Virus record (IMG/VR): IMGVR_UViG_3300024297_000001
DNA length: 64,000 nucleotides
Reading direction: 5' to 3' (one strand)
Source of the DNA: a virus
Lineage: Duplodnaviria > Caudoviricetes
The translations under genes and the position numbers were made by a program. Positions 18,590 through 28,249 of the stretch are shown here, piece after piece; position 1 is the stretch's first letter; each line of letters opens with the position of its first letter. The notes beneath the pieces are model-generated. The model did no database searches and was not told the origin of the DNA. It saw only the letters and a program-made list of their open reading frames with translations.

Positions 18590-21500
18590 TTATCCTATTA
18601 CCACTGCCATTTTAATAGCAATTTCTTCTGCATCTTGTGCGGACACAGCACCTGAACTACCTGCAACTGAAACCCACTGACCTGCTTGATCGTAAATCTC
18701 AACCCTGTCATCCTGTGTATTAAAACGCATCATTCCTGTTTCTGGTGTTGGATGTCTATTTGACAAAGTACCAGTTGGAATAACAAATCCGCCAGTTCCT
18801 TCAATCTTGAAGTAACCAGTACCAGTTTGAGCAAGAGTAGTAATTGCGCCTGCTACAGTATTAGTTATCGAATTTTGATTGAATCCAAAATTTTCTACAA
18901 CAACTTTACCAGTTCCGTTCGCCAAAAGGTTCAAATCAGCGTTTGTAGTAATGGTTCTTACTGTATTTCCTTCGATTTCAATGTCATCGACTAATATTTT
19001 ATTTACATTAAACCTTGTTGCGTTTGCATCAGCAATCTGTGTTCCACCTGCGTAAAAACGTATAGTATCATCGTCTGCACCCGGTGTTGCTTCTGCTGTA
19101 ATATATGTATCTTGGTCAACATCACGCACACCATTTAATGTGATCCACTGTCCATCATAACCTTCAAACACATCTGTGTCTGTGTTATAACGTATCATAC
19201 CATTTACGCCTGTACCTGGACGTTGTGCTGTTGTACCTTTTGGTATTGTTAATGAACCTGTTGAATTAATCTCAACTGTTTCACTGCCTGGATCAAGAAC
19301 AATGTCTCCTGGTGCTGAAATAATGTTTGCTTTGAAACTTAAATCATCAACAACAATACTTCCTGTTCCACTTGCACGTAATTCTAAGTCTTGGTTTGTG
19401 TTAGTTGTTTGAATAACATTAGTATTAATGTTAATATCATCAATCTGTGCCTCACCTGTGTAAACTTTTTTCCATTCATGTGTTGAAATACCTAAGTCAA
19501 ATGTTCCGTCTTGGCTTGGTACAAGGTTACTTGCAATACCTGCAACAATTTGTATGCTATCACTTGCTTCATCACCAATGGTAATGTTACCACCTATTGT
19601 AACATCTCCTGTTACATCTAAGTTTCCTGTGATGTTTACATTGTCTGCAAAGTTAATAATACCGTCAGCACTGTCAATGTTCAAGTTTCCACTTAAACTT
19701 TCTACAGTGTTGCCACTTAATCTTGTGTTACCTGTTTGAATCTTGTCGCCGTCAATAATAGTTGTACTTGTGCCAGTGCTAAATCTAACACTTTGTAAAG
19801 TATCAACGTTAAAGTTTGCGTTAGTAAATGTAACAGTACCAGATGCTTGATCAACATGGAATACATCACCAACTCTAAAGTCACCTTTATGGTCAACTGA
19901 ACTAAAGTAAATGTTTGCGTCATTTAATTTTGTAACTTCTTGACTTTGTACAACTGTTGTTGAATCATTATCAACTGCTTTACCGTTACCAATGTATGCA
20001 AGGTTCTGAGAAATAAGGTACATAACAACGCCGTTACCGTCGCCGTATATTCCATAGTTACCATAAACACATGCACTACCAATTGATCTAATCTCACAAC
20101 CAAAGTCTGAGAAGTCAACCAGTTCCATTCCAGTTGCATAAGCACCGCCACCAAAGCCGATTGTCTGATCTAAAATAGTTTCGTCAGTAAGTGTTGTTGA
20201 AGTATCTGTACCGTTAAATCTTAATAATAATTTTGTGTTGTTATCATTTGAAACTTCGTTCAATGGTGGTGTGTATGAACCTGCTGTGTATCTTGCATTG
20301 TCTGAAATTCTAAAATCATCTACATAACCGTTGAAAGCATTTGAAGCATCATACACTGCACCAATAATAAACGGCTTACTTGTTCCAAGTGTGCTACTAA
20401 ATGCATTATCACTATCAACTCTTGCACCGTTAACATATAAATTAATTGTATTACTTGAACGTGATACTGCAATATGTGTCCATGTTGTTGCTGATAACGT
20501 TCCGCCGGATAATATCTCTGCACCATTGTAATAAACTTTTACTGTACCACCTACGTGATATATGTATAAGCCTGTGTCAGTTGCTGTACCGGCTCTCATA
20601 TCAACTAATGACTGTGTACCTGTTACGTTGTTTCCGTAGAACCAACCTTCAATAGTAAAGTTTGCTGTTCCTAAACCAAAGTCTGGATCATTTGCAATGC
20701 TGATATAGTCGCCGGTGCCGTCAAGTTGTAAACTACCAGTGCCGAATTTTTTAATTGTTGTATCTACTTGTGCTTGTCCTGAAACAACTACTGTCTTTCC
20801 ACCACGTTCAAATTTGGTTTCAAGTCCTGCCGCGTTACCGTTCAAGTAAATGTAGTTTCCATCTACTTCATTTACTGTTGCACTAATTACAGTTCCGCCT
20901 GCTTGTGTGTATTGAAACACTTCAGACGCTGTTGGTGTTCCAACAAGTCCGCTTAATTTAACTTTAGTACGTCCTGTACCTTTTAATCCTGTAGTACCAT
21001 TAACACCTTGTATCGCTTTGTCGGCAAAATATACAAAAGAGTTTAGCCATTCAATTCTTGCACCATTGGTTGCGTATAATCCAACTGCTCCAGGAACAAT
21101 AAATGTTACTGCATGGAATAACATACTTGCTTCTTTTGATCCTGTTACTGCTACAGAGCCATCTAAGTATGCACCACGTCCTGCATCTCCTTGATCAAAG
21201 CCTCTTGGATCACTTGCACTTGTTACACTACCTTTTGTTATTACAGTTACGTTTTTAACATAAGGTGATCTTGAAGTAACATTAAAGTTACTTGCAAATC
21301 TAAAAGCATATCCATTGTCATTAATGCTATCGTAGTAAAAATCTTTGATTGACAAGTTCATAACACTTGTTTCACCTTGCAATACAAAACAATCATTGTT
21401 GTTTGTTCCTGCTGTAGGTGTAATGTTTACTGATCTAATACCTTCACCTAAGATTGCAACACCCGCTGGTACTGTTAAAGGAAATACTTCTTCATAATCA

Positions 21501-22300
21501 CCTGGGTAAATGTGAATAGTGTCTCCTGCACTTGCAGAAGTTAATGCTTTTGTAATAGTTGTGTATGGTGCTTGTGGATGATTACCAGCATTTGTATCAT
21601 TACCATTCTTAGCAACATAATAAATGTTGCCTGGAGTTGCTGTTAAGTCCAAGTCTGATAATGTAATACTGTTTGCAACAACTGTTGTTGCTGTTACATC
21701 ATCAAAGTAACCATGATTCCACTTTTTAGTTGCGTCACCAATGGTGTATATGTTTGTTGCATCTGGTATTAGGTTACTGGCAATGTCTGCATTTATTGTA
21801 ATACTATCTGTATCGTCATCACCAATAGTAATATCACCGTCTGCACTGATGTTACCAGTTGCATGTAAGTTACCAGTAACGTTTGTATTACCTACAAAGT
21901 TAATAGTACCTGTCCCGTTAGGACGAAATTCTAAGTTTTGGTTAGTTCCTAATGTGCGAATTACACTACCGTCTATTTCAATATCATCAATTTGTAATCT
22001 ATCTTGGTAAATTACGCTGTTTGGTGTTGCAATATTGAACTGACTTGCTGTAGTAGAGATAGTATTAGTACCACCGTTGATTGTTATGTTACCAATCGGT
22101 AATGTAGTGTCTAAAATATCTAATGATTGTATTCTTGCTGAACCGTTTATATCGAGCTCGGCTGTAGGCGTTGATGTCTTAATTCCAATACGGCTATTAT
22201 TAACATCTAAATAAAGTAGGTCTGTTTCAAACGCTAAATCCACTCCTTGACGAAGCAAATTTGCCTTTAAAAGCGGACCAGATATACGACCAACTGCCAC
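18590..22300 (-). CDS. Tail-fibre/virion structural protein with beta-helix and LamG/concanavalin-A-like domain
   Basis: 1236 aa, GTG start with SD AGGAG. NIYYVAKNGNDTN; LamG-like GSLQLDGTGDY...FTIEGWFY...WTHIAVSR...FNGYVDDFRIS; G.IRYNTD...FEGY repeats. Confidence 0.75.
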   Translation of the reverse strand: MAVGRISGPLLKANLLRQGVDLAFETDLLYLDVNNSRIGIKTSTPTAELDINGSARIQSLDILDTTLPIGNITINGGTNTISTTASQFNIATPNSVIYQDRLQIDDIEIDGSVIRTLGTNQNLEFRPNGTGTINFVGNTNVTGNLHATGNISADGDITIGDDDTDSITINADIASNLIPDATNIYTIGDATKKWNHGYFDDVTATTVVANSITLSDLDLTATPGNIYYVAKNGNDTNAGNHPQAPYTTITKALTSASAGDTIHIYPGDYEEVFPLTVPAGVAILGEGIRSVNITPTAGTNNNDCFVLQGETSVMNLSIKDFYYDSINDNGYAFRFASNFNVTSRSPYVKNVTVITKGSVTSASDPRGFDQGDAGRGAYLDGSVAVTGSKEASMLFHAVTFIVPGAVGLYATNGARIEWLNSFVYFADKAIQGVNGTTGLKGTGRTKVKLSGLVGTPTASEVFQYTQAGGTVISATVNEVDGNYIYLNGNAAGLETKFERGGKTVVVSGQAQVDTTIKKFGTGSLQLDGTGDYISIANDPDFGLGTANFTIEGWFYGNNVTGTQSLVDMRAGTATDTGLYIYHVGGTVKVYYNGAEILSGGTLSATTWTHIAVSRSSNTINLYVNGARVDSDNAFSSTLGTSKPFIIGAVYDASNAFNGYVDDFRISDNARYTAGSYTPPLNEVSNDNNTKLLLRFNGTDTSTTLTDETILDQTIGFGGGAYATGMELVDFSDFGCEIRSIGSACVYGNYGIYGDGNGVVMYLISQNLAYIGNGKAVDNDSTTVVQSQEVTKLNDANIYFSSVDHKGDFRVGDVFHVDQASGTVTFTNANFNVDTLQSVRFSTGTSTTIIDGDKIQTGNTRLSGNTVESLSGNLNIDSADGIINFADNVNITGNLDVTGDVTIGGNITIGDEASDSIQIVAGIASNLVPSQDGTFDLGISTHEWKKVYTGEAQIDDININTNVIQTTNTNQDLELRASGTGSIVVDDLSFKANIISAPGDIVLDPGSETVEINSTGSLTIPKGTTAQRPGTGVNGMIRYNTDTDVFEGYDGQWITLNGVRDVDQDTYITAEATPGADDDTIRFYAGGTQIADANATRFNVNKILVDDIEIEGNTVRTITTNADLNLLANGTGKVVVENFGFNQNSITNTVAGAITTLAQTGTGYFKIEGTGGFVIPTGTLSNRHPTPETGMMRFNTQDDRVEIYDQAGQWVSVAGSSGAVSAQDAEEIAIKMAVVIG

Positions 22301-22429
22301 CTTTTTCTCCTATAAACGGGGATCCTGTCCCTCTACCCTGTTAGACAAAAACTTGCCTCTATCGCTGGATAACCACGGTTTGTCCTGCAATTGACTTGGC
22401 CAGCCCTTCATTGCATTAATAGTATTTAT
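22301..22429 (-). promoter_or_regulatory. Late promoter plus ~120-nt structured 5' leader
   Basis: ATAAATA at 22429-22423, then several GC-richer hairpins (TGCAAT/ATTGCA, AGGCAA/TTGTCT, GGGA/TCCC) before SD AGGAG. Confidence 0.5.
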
Positions 22430-22441
22430 CGTTTTTGGATA

Positions 22442-25294
22442 TTAGCCTAAGATAAGGTTCCAAAGGAAGTTAATTGACTCAGCGTATTCTTCAGTAACAG
22501 ATTCACCACCACCTGCCGCTAAAACCCACTGTGTTCCGTTCCAACTTTCAAGGTATCCTCGCTGTGTATTGAAACGTGTAAGACCCTGTTCTGGACTTGT
22601 GGGTCTTGCTGTATCATCACCATATGGAACAACAAGTCCCATAGTTTGATCAAACTTTAAGTAAGAATATATGTCTGCAAGACTAAATGTAAACGGTGTG
22701 TTAAGTGTATTAGTAATTGTGTTATTCTTAAACACAAGATCTTCCTGACTAATACTACCTAATCCGTTGGATAAAAACTGAATATCTGAATTAGGTGTAG
22801 CACTTGTTATTGTATTACCATCAATTGAGAAACTATTCTGCGAATCAAGTCTATTTGTTTGCAATGTTATGCCATTAATTGTAGTATTACTTGCATTTCC
22901 TGTAACTAACGTAAACTGATTGTTGTTTAGATCAATATATGTGTCTCTGTCAGTATCATATAATCCATCAAAACTAACATTACCTCCGCTATAACCTTCA
23001 AATATTCCTAAGTCTGTATTATAACGCAAATCACCCACGTTATCTTTACGTTGTGCGTTTGTACCTGTTGGCAAACCTAAGTTATTAGTTGCTGACATAG
23101 TAAGATTAGTAGTTGGTGCTAATGTTAAATTAGTTATATATGATCCTAATATATTACTTCTTGCAGTAACATTATCAAATACAACATTTCCAGTTCCATT
23201 TGCACGTAAATCTAAATTTTCGTTTGTATTACTAACACTAATAGTATTTGCATTGAAGTTAAAACTATCTAATGCTAATTCGTTAAAGTAACCTTTTCTC
23301 CAACGTCTTGTATTTGTACCTAAATCATATTTGTTTGTTGTGTCTGGATATAAGTCTTGTGCAAAAGATGTTGTAAAGTCAACAGTATCACTTGGTTGAT
23401 CTCCAAGTGTTACAAGATTTCCGCCAAGTGTTAAATTACCTGTAACATCTACACTTGCCATTCTTGTATTTGTAAGTAAGTTGTGTATGTTTGAAGGAGA
23501 TGCAAAGTTAATTGGACCTGCAACGGATCTAATTGTGTTAGGAGAAAGAATTCTTATTGCTCCTGTTTCAATAGTTCCACCATCAATAAAAGATGTATTT
23601 GCATTTGTGCTTACTCTTAAACTTGAAAGTCCTGTTGCATCAACTGTGTCAGCATCAATGCTTGTTGTTCCATCTTTAAGATTTACAAAAAATGTATCTC
23701 CAACTTTAAAGTTACCTTCTTGGTCTTGTGATTGATAGTAAACTTTTCCGTTGTTTAGTTTTGTAACTTCATTTGCAACAATAGTTTGTGTAACATCATT
23801 AGTTACGTTCTTACCTGAACCAATATAAGCAAAGTTGTGTGATATTAGATATGCTAAACAGTCTGCTCCATCTACTTCAATACCTTTATTTCCATAAACA
23901 CTTGCTGAACCAATGGATCTTATTTCACCGCCTTTTATTAATACGCTATCACTACGCCATCTACCAGCGCCATCCACCATGTACATTGCTCTATTAGCGA
24001 AATAAGCGAATGAATTCAACCACTCAACCCTAACACCGTTTGTCATTGTAATGGCATCAACACCTGGAGTAATAAAAGTTACACTGTGAAACAACATACT
24101 TGCTTCATTTGTATCATGATCACAAACACTACCATCTACAAGTGCGCCTTTACCAGCGTCTCCAGAATCAAAACCTCTTGGATCACTTGCACTTGTTGTT
24201 TGTCCTTGTGTAATAACTGTTACATTTCTAATATATGGACTACGTGATGTAACTTTCATGTCGCCTGCAAATCTAAAAGCATAACCTTTATCATTTGTGC
24301 TATCATAAAAGAAGTTTTTAACTGTTAAATCTTCAACAGTACTTTCGCCATTTAATAAAAATGCATCTTCACTTTGGTTATCAGTGGTCGGACGTATTTC
24401 AACATTACGCATGTCTTGTCCTTTTACTGTAACACCTGCTGGAACTTCTAATGGAAATTGTTCTTCATAATCACCTGCGGCAATAAGAACTGTATCTCCT
24501 GATGTTGCTCTGCTTAATGCATACTTGATTGTTGCAAGTCTACCTTGAGGTGTTGAACCTCTGTTAGTATTATCACCATTAACAGCAACATACCATATGT
24601 TACCTTGTGAAAGTGTAACTTCAATACCAGCAACTGTAACATTTTCTACGCTAACATTATTAGTTACTGTTAAATTTTCTGTTTGTAAATCAAAACGTTT
24701 AGCACTTGCACCTACATCGTAAGTTGAAGTAACATCAGGAATTAGATTACTGTCAATGTCACCTAAGAATCTAACATTATCTTCATCACCTGTACCACCA
24801 ATTAAAACATTTCCGTCAAATGTAATGTTACCTGTTGCATGAATGTTACCATCAACGCCAACAGTTTGTCCTGCTGTGATAAGTTCGTTAGTACCTGCGC
24901 CTGCTGGAATAAAATCTACATCAGCATTTGTAGTATGCGAGCCAATGTAATTGTTTTGTATGTCAACTGATGATGTTCTAATACCGCCAACAACTACTCC
25001 ACTACCAACACCGCCTGCATGATTAATATTGATGTTTCCTGATGGAACACTTATACCGTCTGGACCAATAGAAAAGTTACCAATGTTTAGATCATTAGTA
25101 ATTGTTAAGTCTTGTCCAGTGCTTCTTGCTTTTAAAGTACCATCAACTGTAAATTCTCTTGGTCTTGTTACAGTATTAATACCGATTTTTCCGTCAGTAT
25201 GACCTATATACAGTAGATCAGTTTCTACTGAAAGATCTGCTTCACGCTGTAGATTGGCCTTTAATAACGGACCGGATATTCTTCCAAGACTCAT
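22442..25294 (-). CDS. Tail-fibre/virion structural protein, paralog of 18590..22300 lacking the LamG domain
   Basis: 950 aa. MSLGRISGPLLKANL vs MAVGRISGPLLKANL; the beta-helix blocks are colinear. Confidence 0.75.
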   Translation of the reverse strand: MSLGRISGPLLKANLQREADLSVETDLLYIGHTDGKIGINTVTRPREFTVDGTLKARSTGQDLTITNDLNIGNFSIGPDGISVPSGNININHAGGVGSGVVVGGIRTSSVDIQNNYIGSHTTNADVDFIPAGAGTNELITAGQTVGVDGNIHATGNITFDGNVLIGGTGDEDNVRFLGDIDSNLIPDVTSTYDVGASAKRFDLQTENLTVTNNVSVENVTVAGIEVTLSQGNIWYVAVNGDNTNRGSTPQGRLATIKYALSRATSGDTVLIAAGDYEEQFPLEVPAGVTVKGQDMRNVEIRPTTDNQSEDAFLLNGESTVEDLTVKNFFYDSTNDKGYAFRFAGDMKVTSRSPYIRNVTVITQGQTTSASDPRGFDSGDAGKGALVDGSVCDHDTNEASMLFHSVTFITPGVDAITMTNGVRVEWLNSFAYFANRAMYMVDGAGRWRSDSVLIKGGEIRSIGSASVYGNKGIEVDGADCLAYLISHNFAYIGSGKNVTNDVTQTIVANEVTKLNNGKVYYQSQDQEGNFKVGDTFFVNLKDGTTSIDADTVDATGLSSLRVSTNANTSFIDGGTIETGAIRILSPNTIRSVAGPINFASPSNIHNLLTNTRMASVDVTGNLTLGGNLVTLGDQPSDTVDFTTSFAQDLYPDTTNKYDLGTNTRRWRKGYFNELALDSFNFNANTISVSNTNENLDLRANGTGNVVFDNVTARSNILGSYITNLTLAPTTNLTMSATNNLGLPTGTNAQRKDNVGDLRYNTDLGIFEGYSGGNVSFDGLYDTDRDTYIDLNNNQFTLVTGNASNTTINGITLQTNRLDSQNSFSIDGNTITSATPNSDIQFLSNGLGSISQEDLVFKNNTITNTLNTPFTFSLADIYSYLKFDQTMGLVVPYGDDTARPTSPEQGLTRFNTQRGYLESWNGTQWVLAAGGGESVTEEYAESINFLWNLILG

Positions 25295-25325
25295 AGTTAG
25301 TACTCCTTAACTATATTTATTGGAT

Positions 25326-25853
25326 TTACTTGTCGAAGTTATGTAGGACTGTTACGGCTTTGCCGTTTGGCACTGCTGAAAGGAATTTAATGTAATAACC
25401 GTCTGCGTATGGACTATTTGGCCCTGCAAGGTTACCACTTACACTTTGTTCTAATGTGTAGTTTGTTACAGATAACTGTAAAACGTTTTCTACAATTACT
25501 AATGCACTCTGTGCCGTTTGTGGCACTGGATATGAACTGTCGTTAGCATTAAGAGGCCCAAATACAGTTTCAGTACCATCTCCTGTACCTAAACTTTGCT
25601 GTGTTATTGGTGTTGGCTCTTTAAGTCTAATTTCTTTCCATACACCATTATCATAAAATTCAACACTGTTGTTTGTTGTGTTAAATCTCATTTGGCCTAA
25701 TGCTGGATATGACGGACGATCTGCGTCTGAACCTACAGGAACTTTCAAAGCACTTTTAGATCTAATGTCAACAGTTTGATCAGTATTATAAAAAATACCA
25801 ACGCCTCTGTCGATTCCTCTATTATTGGTTGTTTGTGCTTTTAGAAATTTCAT
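25326..25853 (-). CDS. Virion structural protein
   Basis: 175 aa. P.G..A.RP...GQMRFNT....E.Y..G.W motif shared with the C-termini of the neighbouring fibres. Confidence 0.6.
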   Translation of the reverse strand: MKFLKAQTTNNRGIDRGVGIFYNTDQTVDIRSKSALKVPVGSDADRPSYPALGQMRFNTTNNSVEFYDNGVWKEIRLKEPTPITQQSLGTGDGTETVFGPLNANDSSYPVPQTAQSALVIVENVLQLSVTNYTLEQSVSGNLAGPNSPYADGYYIKFLSAVPNGKAVTVLHNFDK

Positions 25854-26209
25854 TACACTTCCAAGTAACTTACTGTTGCTGATAGATTATAAGGAGTTTG
25901 TCCTTCTAATATAATTCTATCACCTGCTTCTAATACCATTTTTTCTGTATCAAACGTAAACGTATCTGAACCTGCTACTCTCACTCTTTTTGCAATTTGT
26001 GTTTGAGCACCAACTGCAATTGATCCTGTACCAGTTGGATTAGCAACTGCTGGAACAATATATAAGTCAAAAGTTGTATCGTTTGCACCGCTTAAATCTT
26101 CTGCCGCAGTATTACAAACCACTAAGGTTAAGATAGCGTACTGTTTACTCGCGGGTACAGTAACTATTGCTTTTTGTGTATTGTCAATTAATATGTTTGC
26201 TAATGCCAT
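25853..26209 (-). CDS. Small beta-rich virion protein (paralog of 3951..4268)
   Basis: 118 aa with VTVP...YA...LVVCN...EK.VLEAGD.I...VSYLEV. Confidence 0.6.
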   Translation of the reverse strand: MALANILIDNTQKAIVTVPASKQYAILTLVVCNTAAEDLSGANDTTFDLYIVPAVANPTGTGSIAVGAQTQIAKRVRVAGSDTFTFDTEKMVLEAGDRIILEGQTPYNLSATVSYLEV

Positions 26210-26223
26210 CGTAATATTTATCC

Positions 26224-27201
26224 TTACAATAGATACCCAAACATTAGGGCTCTATTTCTACTTATTAGTTCATCTCTCTCGTTGTTTGTATTTACATAAT
26301 ATACGCCTGTATTACCTGGACCTTCTGACTTAGAATAAAGATTTACACCGTCTGCTGGTGCTAATGGATCAACTGCAACATCATCAACTCCTGGTGTTGT
26401 TGCAATGTTTAGTACATCTTTAATTCTTACAGTACCTGTGCCTGGTGCTTCAAGTATCAAATCACCGTTACTAACTGTTCCTGAGATAGTTTGGTCTTTG
26501 ATGCGTACATCATTTAATTCAATTCTGTCTGGAAAGAATGTTGATATAACGGAACTATCCATCATAAAATCAACTCTACTTTGTCCACTAATATCAGAAG
26601 CATCAGTTACTTCTACTTGTGTGTTACCGTCTGCAATTTTTCTAATTGCTAAATCGTTTAGTGTTGCATCAATAACTTCATCAACATATAATTTATTTGT
26701 AAGTGCATGATCATCGTCATTGTTCTTAATGCTGTTACTATATGTTACTGCTGATCCAACTATTTTAACTGTTTCACCATTTGTGTCAAGATATAAACTA
26801 CTGCCGCCTGTTTGAATACTTGGCGCTCTAATACCTAAGTTGTTTCCAAGAACATCTCTAAATACAAATGTACCAAACACTTCTGTTGCTGGTGCGTTTG
26901 GATTTACATGTTCAATCGTTTCGTCAATTAAAAATAATGCATCTTCCTTTGTACCTCTATCAATTCTAATACCGGAAGTGCCTTCACCTACGCCAGCGCC
27001 TGTTTCACCTCTGTTTAATAAAATAATATTATCTTCAAGTTCTAAGTTTGTAGATTGTACCGTTACAGTATCACCTTCAACTATAAGATCACCAGTTACA
27101 CGTACTTCACCTGCGGCAACACCTGTGTCAAGACGTATAGTCCCACCACTTTGTGTTGTTACTGTATAATTTCCGTTTGGTACACTTACAAATTTTGACA
27201 T
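26224..27201 (-). CDS. Virion structural (fibre-like) protein
   Basis: 325 aa. V.GDL.V.G.T.TV.ST.L..EDNII.LN.G pattern typical of phage fibre shafts; hydrophobic C-terminus. Confidence 0.6.
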   Translation of the reverse strand: MSKFVSVPNGNYTVTTQSGGTIRLDTGVAAGEVRVTGDLIVEGDTVTVQSTNLELEDNIILLNRGETGAGVGEGTSGIRIDRGTKEDALFLIDETIEHVNPNAPATEVFGTFVFRDVLGNNLGIRAPSIQTGGSSLYLDTNGETVKIVGSAVTYSNSIKNNDDDHALTNKLYVDEVIDATLNDLAIRKIADGNTQVEVTDASDISGQSRVDFMMDSSVISTFFPDRIELNDVRIKDQTISGTVSNGDLILEAPGTGTVRIKDVLNIATTPGVDDVAVDPLAPADGVNLYSKSEGPGNTGVYYVNTNNERDELISRNRALMFGYLL

Positions 27202-27219
27202 TTTAAAATCCTAAAGTAC

Positions 27220-27241
27220 TGTAGGGGATTGCTCCCCTACA
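27220..27241 (-). terminator. Strong hairpin (9-bp stem, GCAA tetraloop on the minus strand); terminator or processing/stability element
   Basis: TGTAGGGGA-GCAA-TCCCCTACA between 27254..27703 and 26224..27201. There is no long U-tract. Confidence 0.45.
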
Positions 27242-27253
27242 ATATATTCTATA

Positions 27254-27703
27254 TTATGCGTTAGCGAAATCGTCATCATCAGTACCTGATAATGTATCGT
27301 CATCACCTGCTTCTTCAATTTGAACAGCACTGTCATTGTTTGCAGTACTAAAGTTCCATGCAATTGATGTTCCGCCTAAAGCGTTTGAACCTGTAGCATC
27401 TGGTGCAATGATTGTTGCTTTTCTTCCAGAAATCTTAGAAATCTGATAAGTTTCTGCGTCATCACCTTTAACAGTGATAGCCATTTCAGTACCAGTCAAT
27501 GCTGATGCTAATTTTGCTGTTGTTAAGAAACGATCGTAAGTTGTTCCTGGTGTACCGATTGCCGCTACACGAAACTTCTTCGCACCTAATTGCTTAACAA
27601 TATAACCTTCAGTAACAGCAGAGCCGTTATGAAAGTCAACTTTGATTTCGTTGCCACCTGCTGTAGGTACTCCGAAAAACTTTTTATTAATTGGTCTTCC
27701 CAT
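27254..27703 (-). CDS. Hypothetical, probably virion-associated protein
   Basis: 149 aa (MGRPINKKFFG...) with strong SD AGGAG and a late promoter upstream. Confidence 0.65.
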   Translation of the reverse strand: MGRPINKKFFGVPTAGGNEIKVDFHNGSAVTEGYIVKQLGAKKFRVAAIGTPGTTYDRFLTTAKLASALTGTEMAITVKGDDAETYQISKISGRKATIIAPDATGSNALGGTSIAWNFSTANNDSAVQIEEAGDDDTLSGTDDDDFANA

Positions 27704-27807
27704 TTGTTTTCTCCTATATAAGTAGTCCTATCCGGGTTCTATCCGGTACGCAGTTGGTATTCTGCATAAGTCCGCCTTGCGGCACACTATCTGACACAAG
27801 TATTTAT
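27704..27807 (-). promoter_or_regulatory. Late promoter plus ~95-nt structured 5' leader
   Basis: ATAAATA at 27807-27801; hairpins GCC-GCAA-GGC, TATGCAG/CTGCGTA and CCGG/CCGG precede the SD. Confidence 0.5.
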
Positions 27808-28223
27808 CTAATAGACAGAACTGGAGAATATTTTGGCTTTGTTGCTATATTGATAAATTCACGTACAAAGTCAAATCTTAGTGCTAATAATTCGAATATT
27901 TCAATGTCTAAATTGGTTGTAGCAAGGTTGTAACTGCTTTTTCCAATATTGGAATAGTAGTCAATGCTCATACCATAATCAGGAAATACGCCTGTAACAA
28001 AAAGACACGTGTCACCCAGTTCTTTTGCTGTTAATCTATAAGGCTGTTTTAATGATAGATATGCTTCTGCGAATGTTTTTTCTGGAAGGAAATTTGGCTT
28101 GTCTAATTTGTCTGCAAGAAGCATTACTACATACGCTTCAACTTCTAATGGAAGTTCGTAACCTGTAGTTGACTGTGCGTCTTTGACCAAGTCGTAAAAG
28201 GCCGTTGTGTATTCGTCCTTCAT
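27804..28223 (-). CDS. Hypothetical protein (139 aa; probable start ATG 28223 rather than 28247)
   Basis: MKDEYTTAFYDLV...KELGDTCLFVTGVFPDY...DYYSNIGKSSY. The late promoter at 28235-28229 lies inside the longer ORF-track version, which favours the downstream ATG. Confidence 0.65.
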   Translation of the reverse strand: MKDEYTTAFYDLVKDAQSTTGYELPLEVEAYVVMLLADKLDKPNFLPEKTFAEAYLSLKQPYRLTAKELGDTCLFVTGVFPDYGMSIDYYSNIGKSSYNLATTNLDIEIFELLALRFDFVREFINIATKPKYSPVLSIR

Positions 28224-28249
28224 ACAAGTATTTATCGGGGAAAACAACT

